Positions 36,886 through 47,424 of a stretch of DNA of 64,000 nucleotides are shown here, one piece after another; position 1 is the stretch's first letter; the number at the start of each line of letters is the position of its first letter. The notes below the pieces were generated by a model that was given only the letters and a program-made list of their open reading frames with translations, searched no databases and was not told where the DNA came from. Origin of the DNA: Cetorhinus maximus (taxonomy: Eukaryota). The DNA is taken from NCBI RefSeq assembly GCF_964194155.1, contig NC_135899.1, forward strand, positions 81,840,001 through 81,904,000. The letters are read 5' to 3'. A program made the position numbers and the translations under genes.

Positions 36886-37550
36886 TTCAGAGCCTTCTTC
36901 CTTTTTGTCTTCTTCGTTCTACCACAGAGTTTAGTCTCGGCTTTCTTTTTGACTTCACTGTCAGCCAAACTTCTCTCAGGTGAAATCTCAACTTGATTTA
37001 GTTCAGTAGTTGAGCTACCCATGACCTCATTATCTACTTGCATTTGGAAAGTTCTACAACTTTTGCTTTCAAAGCCTCTTTAGCTTCATTCAGCTGATTC
37101 TTCAGCTCTTCTGTCTCCTTCTTGTATCTGTTGGCTTCCTCCTGGAACCTTGAACATTGCTGCATCTTCTCTGCCAACTGGTTCTTCAGTTTGCTCAGAG
37201 TGATGTTAAATTCTTCCTGTTTCTCTTCATAATTTTCCAGAGGTACAAACTTTGACCTCAGGGATCCTTGTAGTATGTGAATGTCTTTCAATAGGCTTTC
37301 CTTCTTTTTGTGAAACTCACTTGTTTCATCTTGAGTTCTGTAATTCAGCAGAGTCTCCTTGAGTTTCTTCTGCTGTTCTTCCATGTCGTTGTTTAAGACA
37401 GTCTTGGTTTCTTCAGGCTGCTGAATGGCTACATATTCCCTTTTCATCCAGTTGCGATCCTTGGACTCTCCAGGCTCTTTCTGAAGTACCTTGCCTTGTT
37501 CCTTTTCCAACTCAGGAACTCTTCCTGCTTTCTTTTGAAATCTCACTGGT
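36885..37550 (-). pseudogene. UACA: Captured host coiled-coil coding fragment, UACA-like (UACA/RAI14/ANKRD24 family)
   Basis: ORF 37034-37546 (EYVAIQQ...ETLLNYRTQDETSEFH...KFVPLENYEEKQEEFNITLSKLKNQLAE..QQCS..QEE..RYKKETEELK) aligns from memory with the UACA coiled coil (EYISLAE...EILANYRKGQEE...KYAPIVSFEECERKFKATEKELKDQLSE). Not Gypsy-like. Confidence 0.72.
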
Positions 37551-37573
37551 CAATCAAGGTTAATTTCCCTCAG

Positions 37574-37993
37574 TCAGTTTCGACCTAGAAGACTTGTTCC
37601 TCTACCTTCTAATACCATCACAGGTAGATGTGCTGTTTGGTGTCTATAATGAACAGTTACTTTGGTGATACCTTTTGCCTGGATTTCTTCGCCTGTGTAC
37701 GTTTTCAACTTGGCAGATATTTGTTCCAAATGTAATTGTTGAGCACCTTTATTTAAATATTGGAAAGTGTGTTCTCCTACTATTGTGGTAGAAGCACCAG
37801 TGTCTGCTTCAATTTTTAAGTGTTTACCATTCACTTGCAATGTGACAGTAATTGGCTCTGTCTTCCCAACTTTCATGTTGAATAAGGAATAAATGTCAGA
37901 ATTGGTTGTTTCTGTCTCTTCCACACTGTATACTTCATTGGACTTTGTTTTTTGCTTGGAAACCTGTTTAAACCTCACTTTGCAATGTTTCAA
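37574..37993 (-). pseudogene. Gypsy aspartic protease region
   Basis: ITVTLQVNGKHLKIEADTGAS...LKTYTGE...LLGRN. Confidence 0.9.
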
Positions 37994-38099
37994 TATGTGC
38001 CCACTTTTGTAACAAAAATAACGCTCTACCTTTTTAAATTGCCAATCGTTAGGAGTGTGATTGTTTCCGCGTTGATAAAAATTAGATTTAATTTTGCTG

Positions 38100-38720
38100 C
38101 TAAGCTGTTTCCTCTAACTTTTGGGTTTTAGCGGGGACTGTTTCCCGCTTCGCCGCGCAGTCCCGGCTTTTCACGTCACTTTCGGCTGACCGTTCCCGCC
38201 CAACTAGGAAAATGGCGCCGTTTTGCACACCTTGAATCGCTTGTGAATCCCTTACAGCGCTTTCAATCGCTAACGCTATTTCTAATGCTTTCTTAAAATC
38301 AAGATCAACTTCAGCCAGCACTCTTTGCTGAATAGCATCCTCCTGCATGCCACAGACCAAACAATCCCTGAGCATATCATTCTGGGTTTCACCGAAATCA
38401 CAATATTCCATTAGTTGTTTTAATTTCACTATGCAGGTAGCATTGGTCTCCCCCAGGTCTCTACTCCGTCAATTGAACTTGAACCTCTGTAGGGCTTTGG
38501 TTGAAAATGTCCCTTAACGAGGTCTACTATTCGCTGAAAGTCTTTGAATCTAGAGCACTGGGGGCAGTCAAGCTTCAAATTAAACTGTAGGTCTTGCTCC
38601 CACAAATACTCAGGAGAATTGCTCTCCTCTTTTCCTCCCCTGTGATTTCTTTGGCTTAAAAGTAAAACACAAGATGTTCTTTATATTGAGACAAGTCGTC
38701 TGCGGCTGGTTCAAAGGGAT
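38100..38720 (-). pseudogene. Gypsy gag remnant
   Basis: LKQLMEYCDFGE...MLRDCLVCG..EDAIQQRVLAE.DLDFKKALEIA; upstream part frameshifted. Confidence 0.85.
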
Positions 38721-38817
38721 TGATTCAGCTGAACTATGACATCTCGGGTAAGTATATCTTCCTTTCTTTTTAATGAACTTAGATACTCACAATCACTGGG
38801 CGATTGCATTGGATCTG

Positions 38818-38835
38818 ATCCCATTCTCATCGCCA
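38818..38835 (-). promoter_or_regulatory. Primer binding site, tRNA-Ser(GCU)-like
   Basis: Minus strand tggcgatgagaatgggat, 3 nt from the 5' LTR; two mismatches to TGGCGACGAGGATGGGAT (complement of the vertebrate tRNA-Ser-GCT 3' end, recalled). Confidence 0.8.
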
Positions 38836-38838
38836 GTT

Positions 38839-39063
38839 TGTTATAGAATTGATTTTCCAGGCAACTTTTCCTAGTGGAAAAATCGTTTACAAGACAGCAA
38901 CAGCAGCTACCTGTGTGCATCTAACTCTATAACTAAATAAGAAGTGTCCCCTAGAGGTTCCCTGTGGTGTTAGCCCATTGGTTTACACAAATCATGTGAT
39001 CTTACAACACAGGATTATTCTTAAAGCTACAGTCCTACGTTTATCAAAACTATAATTACTACA
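38839..39063 (-). repeat. 5' LTR
   Basis: Direct repeat of 35920-36151, roughly 85-90% identical by eye. Confidence 0.95.
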
Positions 39064-39144
39064 GAAGCAGATGCCAATGACGTGCGATTGGTAAAATACT
39101 GGTTATGTAGTTGTTGATAATTAACGCAGTTGAGCAGGACAAAT

Positions 39145-39350
39145 GATCTGGAGTTATAAGTTCAAATCCCACCATCATAGCTGTGGAATTTAAATTCAGT
39201 TAGTTGCATCAAATCCGGAATAAAAAGCGACCATCTGTAGTGATGAACTTGAAACTACCAAATTCTTATAAAAATCCACCTTGTTCAAAAAATGTTCTCT
39301 TGGGCAGGAAATCTGCTGTCCTTACCTGGTCTGGCCTACATGTGACTCCA
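39145..39350 (+). mobile_element. Partial tRNA-derived SINE
   Basis: gttcaaatcccacc...tggaatttaaattc...ccttacctggtctggcctacatgtgactcca. Confidence 0.75.
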
Positions 39351-39987
39351 GGCTTACTGATAAGTTTGTTATCAGGTTGGGAGAAAGTTATTCATTCTCG
39401 GGATGTGCGTGTTGCTGGTAAGGCCAGTATTTATTGCCCATCCCTAATTGCTCTTGAAAAGGTGTTGGTGAGCCACCTTCTTGATCCCAGTGGATATCTG
39501 GAAGTTCTCACCAACCGGCCTCAGCTTTGAAGGTCCAAATGCAGACCAGCTACACGCAGATGAGGCTACAGGTTGACAGCCACACACAATTGCAGGTGAG
39601 GTAGAGAGCGAGACAGAACCAGTTAGGGGAGCCTTCCTTCCTCAGCTTGCTCCCCAACAAGACTGCCTTCAAACCCAGCAGGTTCACAACTGAAGTTTTT
39701 TTTTCTCTCTCCCAGGTCATTTCCAGCAAGTTACCAACCTTTGCCTTTTCAGCTTTTTCCCCCATCAATTAAAGTGATTGCTGTCCAAAACAAACAAACA
39801 ACCAGGCCTTCCTCAGGTACCATAAAGGTCTGGTGATTTCTTGGAAGAGGCCTGTTTGTTGACATTTTCAAGGTGAACTTATGACCTTCTATTTAAAAAA
39901 AACCCGCGTTGGCATCCAAGTGTACAGATAATGTCATGTCCTTCCATTTTGAGGAAGAAAAATTCAGTCTTGAGAGATATGATTCTA

Positions 39988-40048
39988 ACATATACATATA
40001 TTGACGTATATATTTATGCATATTATGTATATGTGCGTGTGTGTGTGT
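39988..40048. repeat. (TA)/(TG) low-complexity microsatellite
   Basis: catatacatatattgacgtatatat...gtgtgtgtgtgt. Confidence 0.7.
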
Positions 40049-40070
40049 AGTTACTGTGTATGGTCTACAT

Positions 40071-41117
40071 TGTTATGACCCAGTTAGGAGGGCTGAACTG
40101 ACTCCTTAGCTGGCTATAACAGAGTTTGAATTTAAAGGGGAGGCGATATTGCCAATTCAATAGATATTTAACTGTGGATGCCTCTCCAGCCAGATTTCTT
40201 AAGTTAACAAGTAAAGAGTTAGTTTTATTGCAAAAACGCTCTCAAGCAAAGATGCAGAAATCATTAACAAAAGGTTTAAAATGTGCAAATATGTCCAACC
40301 CCCCCACTAATGCAAAAAACCCACACAAAACCACAACCCTCACCATTCTTTATAAATTAATATTATATATAACACATCTCCATAACACCTCCAGCCCACA
40401 GGGAATAAAAAGTGATCCGTAGGTGCATTTCAATACGAGGTCTCAAGAAATAATTTCAAATATTCAAAACACATGTATACCCAGTCACTCTATAAGTCTA
40501 ACTAATACAGCTATACTCTTTAGTGATCTTGGTAATTCTGACTGTGTTAAATTCTGGACAAAGCATCAGCCATCACATTGTTTCTCCCTGATATGTGGGT
40601 GACCTTTAAGTGATAGGGCGGTAATAATAAACTCCACCGAAATGGCCCAGCATTCTGGGTTTTAAGTTTTTCCACAAAGGTTAGGGGGTTGCGTTCAGTA
40701 TATTCTAAGGCCTCCCTGTATCTGTGGCAGACATATATTTGAAAGTGTTTAAGAGCCAGTAACAGACCCAGGGCTTCCTTCTCCACAGTAGCGTTTATCT
40801 TTTGGTGCCAATTTGATATCGAGTCTCTGTTAGTGCAAATCCAGCATATTTCACACCCAAGGGCTGGGTCATGTGACCTCTCCCTGGTTTCTATCTGGGC
40901 TCATCGTAGCCACTGTCTCTGAGAGCTCTGTAGACTCTGTGTCTCCATAAAGCAGCTTGCATACTTTGCAAATGCAACATAGCAGCTGTTGTGGGCCAGC
41001 ATCCTTTGCTTAGCAAAAGTTTTTTTTTAAATTTAAAACACATATATGTCCAGCAAATAACATTATAAATGAATATTCTTTACAAAATATTATTTAATAT
41101 GACACACCTCCGTAACA
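40071..41117 (-). mobile_element. LTR-like unit containing a Gypsy RNase H C-terminal fragment
   Basis: Ends tgttatga...cgtaaca; flanks acat/atat; ORF 40547-40786 EKEALGLLLALKHF..Y...NPLTF...RWSLLL..Y.LKVTHISGRNNVMADALSRI*. Confidence 0.7.
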
Positions 41118-42277
41118 ATATATGTAATATACACGCACAGTAAGCACATGCATGTTATCCTGCCTCCCAGTCTCAGACTCATCAGCATTTACCCACAGTG
41201 ATTAAGTGTTACTGCAGCCATATCTAATTAGAAGATCCCCTCAAGATCATTACAAAATGTTCTAGACTGAGCTGAGCAACAGTTGAGTGGCATCCCAAAA
41301 TAATCCATAGTTTACACTATCTACATCCTGTACTGCGAGAACTCTCCCACCCTCAGATTATTACATTGCTACTGTCAGCTCTCCCACATTTATAAAGTTG
41401 CTAGAACACCCTGCAGGGAATCAGAGCTCTGGTAATTAAAGATGGATAGAAACCCATCAAAAAGCAGCTTATCTTCTGTACCACCAGCCATCAGAACACA
41501 TCCTCCCACCTGTTAGCAGAGTCTTAATCCCACAGAATGAATTGCACTGAATCCATAATGATGTGGACTCTTAAGTCTATTTGCCTAAATCTATTGCGGT
41601 TCCCACTGAACTATGATGCATGTGTAAGCGATACAGCTGTGCTCTCAACCATGTGGAGTAATCAGTAATGAACAGAGACTCCAAAGCAGCCTGGCAAAGT
41701 CAATGCAGTGTACACCAGAGGCCTCTTCTTAATGCATAGTCAGGGAACTGATTAAATGGAGTTCTTCCTCGCAGGCAAGCTGGTGCACCTTGCAGATTGA
41801 ATGTGCACCAACTCATGACTAAAGTCAGGAATGCTAATCTAAACCCCTGCCTGTGCCTTTGCAGGGGGAAGAATATTAAAACGGCAGCGTTATCGACGCA
41901 GGTCAGGATCGCAGCCACTTCGTGGTTTCGCTTTGCTCTCCGGCCCCTCCCCCACAATCGTGGGGTGATTGTCTATGTATCACACGGATGTCTAGGTTCA
42001 GATGGCGACCGCGAGGTGTCAAAATGTTTGTCATCCTGCTACTTGGATCAATCTGTCGAGGCAGCTGTTGTATCACAACCTGCCAAACGAACAGTTTCCT
42101 TTTATTTACCTTTTTACCCTTCGCATCCTGCCACAAGAAGCTGAGGCTCCTGTCGTCTCAGGAAAACTCGCTGGAAGTCGGTAGCAAGCTGGCCCTGACG
42201 GCTTGGCGAGTTAATCCAGTGAGAAACTGAGTCAGGCGGACCAGGAAAGGGGGTCCAGGTTTGTTCCTCCGCCTTGA

Positions 42278-42515
42278 ATAAAAACAGAAAGTGGCGGAAA
42301 AGCTCAGCAGGTCCGGCAGCATCTGTGGAGGGAGGAACAGAGTTAACGTTTCGAGTCCGTGTGACCCTTCTTCAGAGCCCCGAAGAAGAAGACACATGTG
42401 GACTCGAAACGTTAGCTCTCTTTCTCTCTCCACACGTGCTGCCAGACCTGCTGAGCTTTTCCGCCACTTTCTGTTTTTGTCTCAGGTTTTCAGCATCTGC
42501 AGTATTTTGCTTTTA
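42278..42515. mobile_element. Palindromic PLE-derived mini-element with two head-to-head hammerhead motifs
   Basis: 42280-42375 is inverted relative to 42380-42478; degenerate TSD tccgccttga (42268-42277) / tctgctttga (42516-42525). Confidence 0.85.
42339..42378 (-). ncRNA. Minimal hammerhead ribozyme (core intact)
   Basis: Minus strand gct-CUGAAGA-A-GGGUC-acacg-GACUC-GAAA-C-GUU-aacuc, with an AACGUU palindrome. Confidence 0.72.
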
Positions 42516-43858
42516 TCTGCTTTGAGCCAGATGATGAGAAGGGCACCACAGTTAGCCCTGGTACAATAGAGTTAAAAGGGGGACAATTAGCAAGGATTAG
42601 TTATTGGCGGCTCCTGTGCAGCTGGAAGCGAGTGACAATGGGGATAGCATCGGCTGTGGGGCCACTCCCCGCACCCCCCCCCCCCCCCCCCACCCCCCCC
42701 ACCCCACCACACCTCCCACCCCAACCAAGGTAAAAATAACCTGTGTACATTCACTGTCAAGGTACTGGAGAGCAATCAAAGCTGGTAGAAACGTTTGTGG
42801 AATTCATAAAACAGTCATCTTGGGGAGGGAAAAGAGTTGTTGAGGAAGGCAAGAAATCTGAATCACATTATATCCATATTCAGCAATGTGCCATGTAAAT
42901 GGTGCAGAAATCCTTCATTAATTCTGCTTTAGAGATTCAGGCCTGGAAATCCTACTGTGCAACGCCCTTTATCAGGACTAAAATGGAGGCTTCAGACTTT
43001 TATATAGTGGGCAGAGGGCATGCACTCGTAATGTGTCAGATGTGCGCCACCCTCAATATTGGTAAATTCAGAAAAAGAAGCATTGAGGGTTCAGACCTGA
43101 AACGGGCTTTAGACCCCCTATTTGCATAGGCAAAGGCCATAATGCCGATTTGCAGCTAGTTTGATAAAAATGGCCTGAACTCAGGCTGGCTACATTCAGC
43201 AGGTCAGGTTCTACATTGCAACTTAACCAAGACCACCGGACACCGTCACCGAAGAGGTCATTTGTAAGGCAGACATTTCCCTGAGTATGAAGCAGAGGCA
43301 AGTGTACACTTCTCAGCTCGACTCCAGCGCCAAACGCCATTGCCAGTCTTCAATTGTCCCCTTCCCTCCCGCAATCACATCGCCCCTTCTTAACCTGGTC
43401 ACTGCACCTCCCAGCCTGATCAATTCTCCCCCATTCTTCCCCTCAACAGGATATGCCTGGGGGCTAGTGCCAGCATGACAGAGGTCCAAAATTCAAGTCT
43501 TCGTCACTGACAAGTTGCCTGCTTATGTCCAACACTTAAACGAGGCTTGAGGCTCAAAATTGGGTGGACTTTGGCTAGCAGCTCTGGCACAGAGACTCTT
43601 TCCTTAAGATGTCTATCATTTGGCAATTTCACTGGATTCAGATTATTCTTTAGCTGATTTCATCCTGAATGTGCAAATATTCCAGGCTGATTCAGAGCCA
43701 CTGAACAAAGAAAAATATTATAGATAGTCCAGGACCACAGCGCTAAAAATTGTTCAATAAGGAACAGGGTGATAGGAAAAGAAAGAAAAACTGGTGCTCA
43801 CAACCGCAGAATGTCCCGAACAGCTTTACAAAAGACCTGCAGTAAGGAGAAATACTTG

Positions 43859-46222
43859 GGCCGGAATTTTCCCCGAATTGCGCCTCGTCCGCTTCTCGCC
43901 TCATTAATTATGCAGCTGCAGGAAACGCACCGTCTCGCTGGCGGGCGGCCTCTGAATCGCCCACCATGACATAACCTCACTGTTACCTCACTCCGGGCGC
44001 TATACTTAAACTGCAGCCACACACACAGTCCTCAATGTTTGTAGCCCATTTATTGCCCACTGGGCAATAAATTGCTCCAGTGATGACACAGCCCTGAAAG
44101 GCAAGAAGAGTGCAGTGACTCGTCCCTGGAATGCCTTTTGGAGGCCCACTGTGATGTCCTCCACCCCCATTCTGGCCACAGAAGGTCCAGCAATCTCACC
44201 ACTCCGGCTTAGGTGGCAGTGGCTTTGGTGGCTAATGCCAATGCTGCACAGAAGAGGTTGGCCATCCAGTGCAGAAAGAGGATGAATGGTCTCAGCTATG
44301 CCACCAGGGTAAGGCAACTATCTCATCACTCTAAACGCACACACTCATTAAAGTGATGGAAGGGGTCATCTACAACGCTATCAAGCGGCACTTGCTTAGC
44401 AGTAGCTTGCTCACTGACGCTCAGTTTGGGATCCGCCAGGGCCACTTATCTCCAGGCCTCATTACAGCCTTGGTTCAAACATGGACAAAAGGACTGAACT
44501 CTAGAGGTGAGGTGAGAGTGACTGCCCTTGACATCAAGGCAGCATTTGACTCAGTTTGGCATCAAGGAACCCTAGCAAAACTGGAGTCAATGGAAATCAA
44601 GAAGAAAACTCTCTACTGGTTGGAGTCATACCTAACACAAAGGAAGATGGTTGTGGTTGTTGGAGGTCAATCATCTCAGTCTCATGACATCACTGCAGGA
44701 GTTCCTCAGGGTAGTGTCCTTGGCCTAACCATCTTCAGCTGCTTCATCAATGACCTTCCTTCCATCATAAGATCAGAAATGGGGATATTCGCTGATGATT
44801 GCACAATGTGTTCAGCACCATTCATGACTCCTCAGATACTGAAGTGGTCCATGTCCAAATGCAGAAAGACCTGGACAATATCCAGGCTTAGGCTTACAAG
44901 TGGCAGGTAACATTATGCCACACAAGTGCCAGGCAATGACTATCTCCAACAAGAGACAATCTAACCATCGGCCCTTGACATTCAATGGCATTACCATCAT
45001 TGAATCCCCCGCTATCAACACCCTGGGGGTTACCACTGACCAGAAACTGAACTGGACTAACCATATAAATACCGTGGCTATAAGAGCAGGTCAGAGACTA
45101 GGAATCCTGTGGTAAGTAACTCACTTCCTGACCATCCAGGACAAAGCAACCCGCTTGATTGGCACCCCATCTACAAACATTCACTCCCTCCACCGCCAAC
45201 ACACAGTAGCAGCTGTGTGTACCATCCACAAGATGCACTGCAGGAATTCACCAAGGCTCCTTAGCACCTTTCAAACCCATGACTGCTACCATCTAGAAGG
45301 ACAAGAGCAGCAGCACATAGGAACTGGTAGCTCCCATCCAAGCCACTCACCATCCTGACTTGGAAATATATCACTGTTCCTTTACTGTTCCTGGGTCAAA
45401 ATCCTGGAATTCCCTCCCTAACAGCACTGTGGGTGTACCTACACCAAATGGACTGCAGTGGTTCAAGAAGGCAGCTCACCACCACCTTCTCCAGGGCAAT
45501 TAGGGGATGGGCAATAAATACTGGCATAGCCAGCGATACCTACATCCTGTGAATGAATTTTAAAAAAACTTACAGGGCCATCACACATTCATTGGCGTCT
45601 CACTCACTGCCAGCTCACCACTCACTCTCTCACACCGACCCTCACAACTCCATCTGGCCTGATCTCCCCAGGAGACTGCCGCCTCAGCCCTCACCATCTT
45701 GATGCCACTTGCGCAGGTCAACATGTGTCCCCCCCACATGCCTTGGAATGCCCCTTTTCCCCAAGCAAGCCCTTGCCCTGCAGCCTTACGGCTGCTCTGG
45801 TAGGTAGAGACCTGCCCATGAGCCCCCTTAAAAGTGATGTGGTGCTGTCTGTGAAGCCTGGCGCTGATGACTCAGAGAGCTGCCCGAAGCAAGGTAGGCA
45901 AACAAACCTCGAAGTCCCGAGCAAAGTGCAGCCGGCCAAGTGCACGTCGCTTATGTTCAGTACATGAAACAGGCCGTGAGCTCATGATCTAGTGTAGGGG
46001 GTGATTGCGGCGAGGACAGCTTATAATGAGATGCTAAATGTATCGAAATTAGCTTCCAGATGTCCGATGGCGGGAAATGCAGCCTGCCGTTAAACAGGGG
46101 GAGCGGATGATCACAAACTGGTTTTATGACGATGTGAAACCGGATTTTGCAATCTCCTGATACTTCCTGCTCCTCCCGCCCGCTATGACCCCTGCTGCAA
46201 GCGGGAGCGGAAAACCCCGGCT
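43859..46222 (+). mobile_element. Deleted PIF/Harbinger DNA transposon with Myb/SANT-like exon remnant
   Basis: Imperfect TIRs ggccggaattttcc / ggaaaaccccggct; 3-bp TSD ttg; 44088-44308 encodes ...NAAQKRLAIQCRKRMNGL..ATR followed by a gtaagg donor. Confidence 0.75.
44351..45568 (+). mobile_element. Crack-like LINE 3' fragment nested in the Harbinger element
   Basis: ORF 44353-44910 RT: AQFG.RQGH, ALDIKAAFDSVWH, GVPQGSVLG, FADDC; same tail as 6740-6812. Confidence 0.92.
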
Positions 46223-47114
46223 TTGGACTGCGTTTAAGGATGGGTACTTCCAAATTAGTGAGATTCAGTGTTTGAACCATTGCTGCAGTGAGATCGGGCA
46301 ATCTCAAAGCCACTGCCGGAAGCTGAGGGAGTAGGAGATTGTTGTTTTACTTCTTTCACTTTTGTGATGGCTGATGTGAGGAAGCTCTCATTAGCAGTTT
46401 TTATAATTAGTGATAGTTTAGCCGCTGTGTATTACTGGTAACCCCCAAATAGCCCGGACAAAAGAATTTCTGGTTTACTTATCAATCCTGTCCTATCATG
46501 GCCATTTGTGGTTCACCCCTTTTAAAAAAAGAGACTGACAGACAGATCATTTTTTCACACAAACATGCTGCCTCTGTGCATATCCTGACATAAGATTTCC
46601 TGCTGTGAGAGTACATGAGTAACTGTTTGTGTGACTGGAGCCATAGCAATGTACTTATTTTATAAGTACACAATCGACAATCTAGATAGACATCAAGATC
46701 CTGACTGGGTGCGTGTCCAAAGCTAATAGCCGGAACATGCAATCCCACAGTCATGCTGTATTCAACTAATCTTTGATGGTCCAGTGGGGTGTCTAGTAAT
46801 AAACCTAGATAAACCTTGCTGTGTCCCTAAAATAGCAAGTCTAGTGATGGCGATAACAATCGGATTCTTCGAACAATACTAATCATTTGCTTCAAATGCA
46901 CCTTCACGACCACCCAAAATTTGGAATTAAGCTACATTTGAATTCAGAGATGGTGAATTTTTTTCTAAAAATGAAAAATGGGTAACTATCTCACCAAATC
47001 CAAATGTATCTCTTTTATACTAAAACCTGTTCCTTTTGCAAATTAAACACCACATCAAAACGAGCTTGAATTTAACTTCAGGGGGAAACATCCTGTCGAA
47101 CCAAAGGAAATCAG

Positions 47115-47295
47115 GATCACAGGATTGTTATGGTGCAGAGGGAGGCCATTCAGCCCCTCGTGTCTGCACTGGGCCCTCCGAATGAGCAACTCACTTAAGT
47201 GCCGTGATCCCGCTCTCCCTGTAAACCTGCATACCCTTCCCTTTCGGAAAACAGTCTAATTTCTTTCTGAATGCTTCAATAGAACCTGCCTCCAG
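47115..47295 (-). mobile_element. CR1 3' tail
   Basis: gatcacaggattgttatggtgcagagggaggccattcagccc...aatagaacctgcctcc. Confidence 0.75.
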
Positions 47296-47424
47296 GTGGG
47301 AGTGGACACAGAAACTGGTGGGTAAAGCTAGTGGGGCTCTTATATTTTGCTCTTAAAAGATAAATACAACAACTGTCAGATATATAACTTTAATAACACC
47401 TTTGAAGTGAGAATTTGTACTACT

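Larger units (their letters stand above)
35920..39063 (-). mobile_element. Internally rearranged Ty3/Gypsy LTR retrotransposon with both LTRs and a 5-bp TSD
   Basis: LTRs at 35920-36151 and 38839-39063 (TG...CA); TSD gaagc at 35915-35919 and 39064-39068; PBS, PPT, gag, protease and integrase C-terminus present; RT/RNase H absent. Confidence 0.96.

Noticed and set aside
37034-37546. 170-aa coiled-coil ORF as a genuine host exon
   Set aside because: It lies inside paired LTRs with a TSD, is fused to protease and integrase remnants, lacks a clear splice acceptor, and no other exons of the gene are visible.
42665-42725. Poly-C/G tracts (also 23000-23025, 52190-52235, 18712-18745) as functional G-quadruplexes
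   Set aside because: Low-complexity homopolymer runs common in this type of genome; no supporting context.
43040-43570. Possible further MITE-like elements (also 23728-24740, 25260-25560, 55950-56250, 61430-61620)
   Set aside because: They look repeat-like, but paired TIRs/TSDs or second copies could not be shown within the window.
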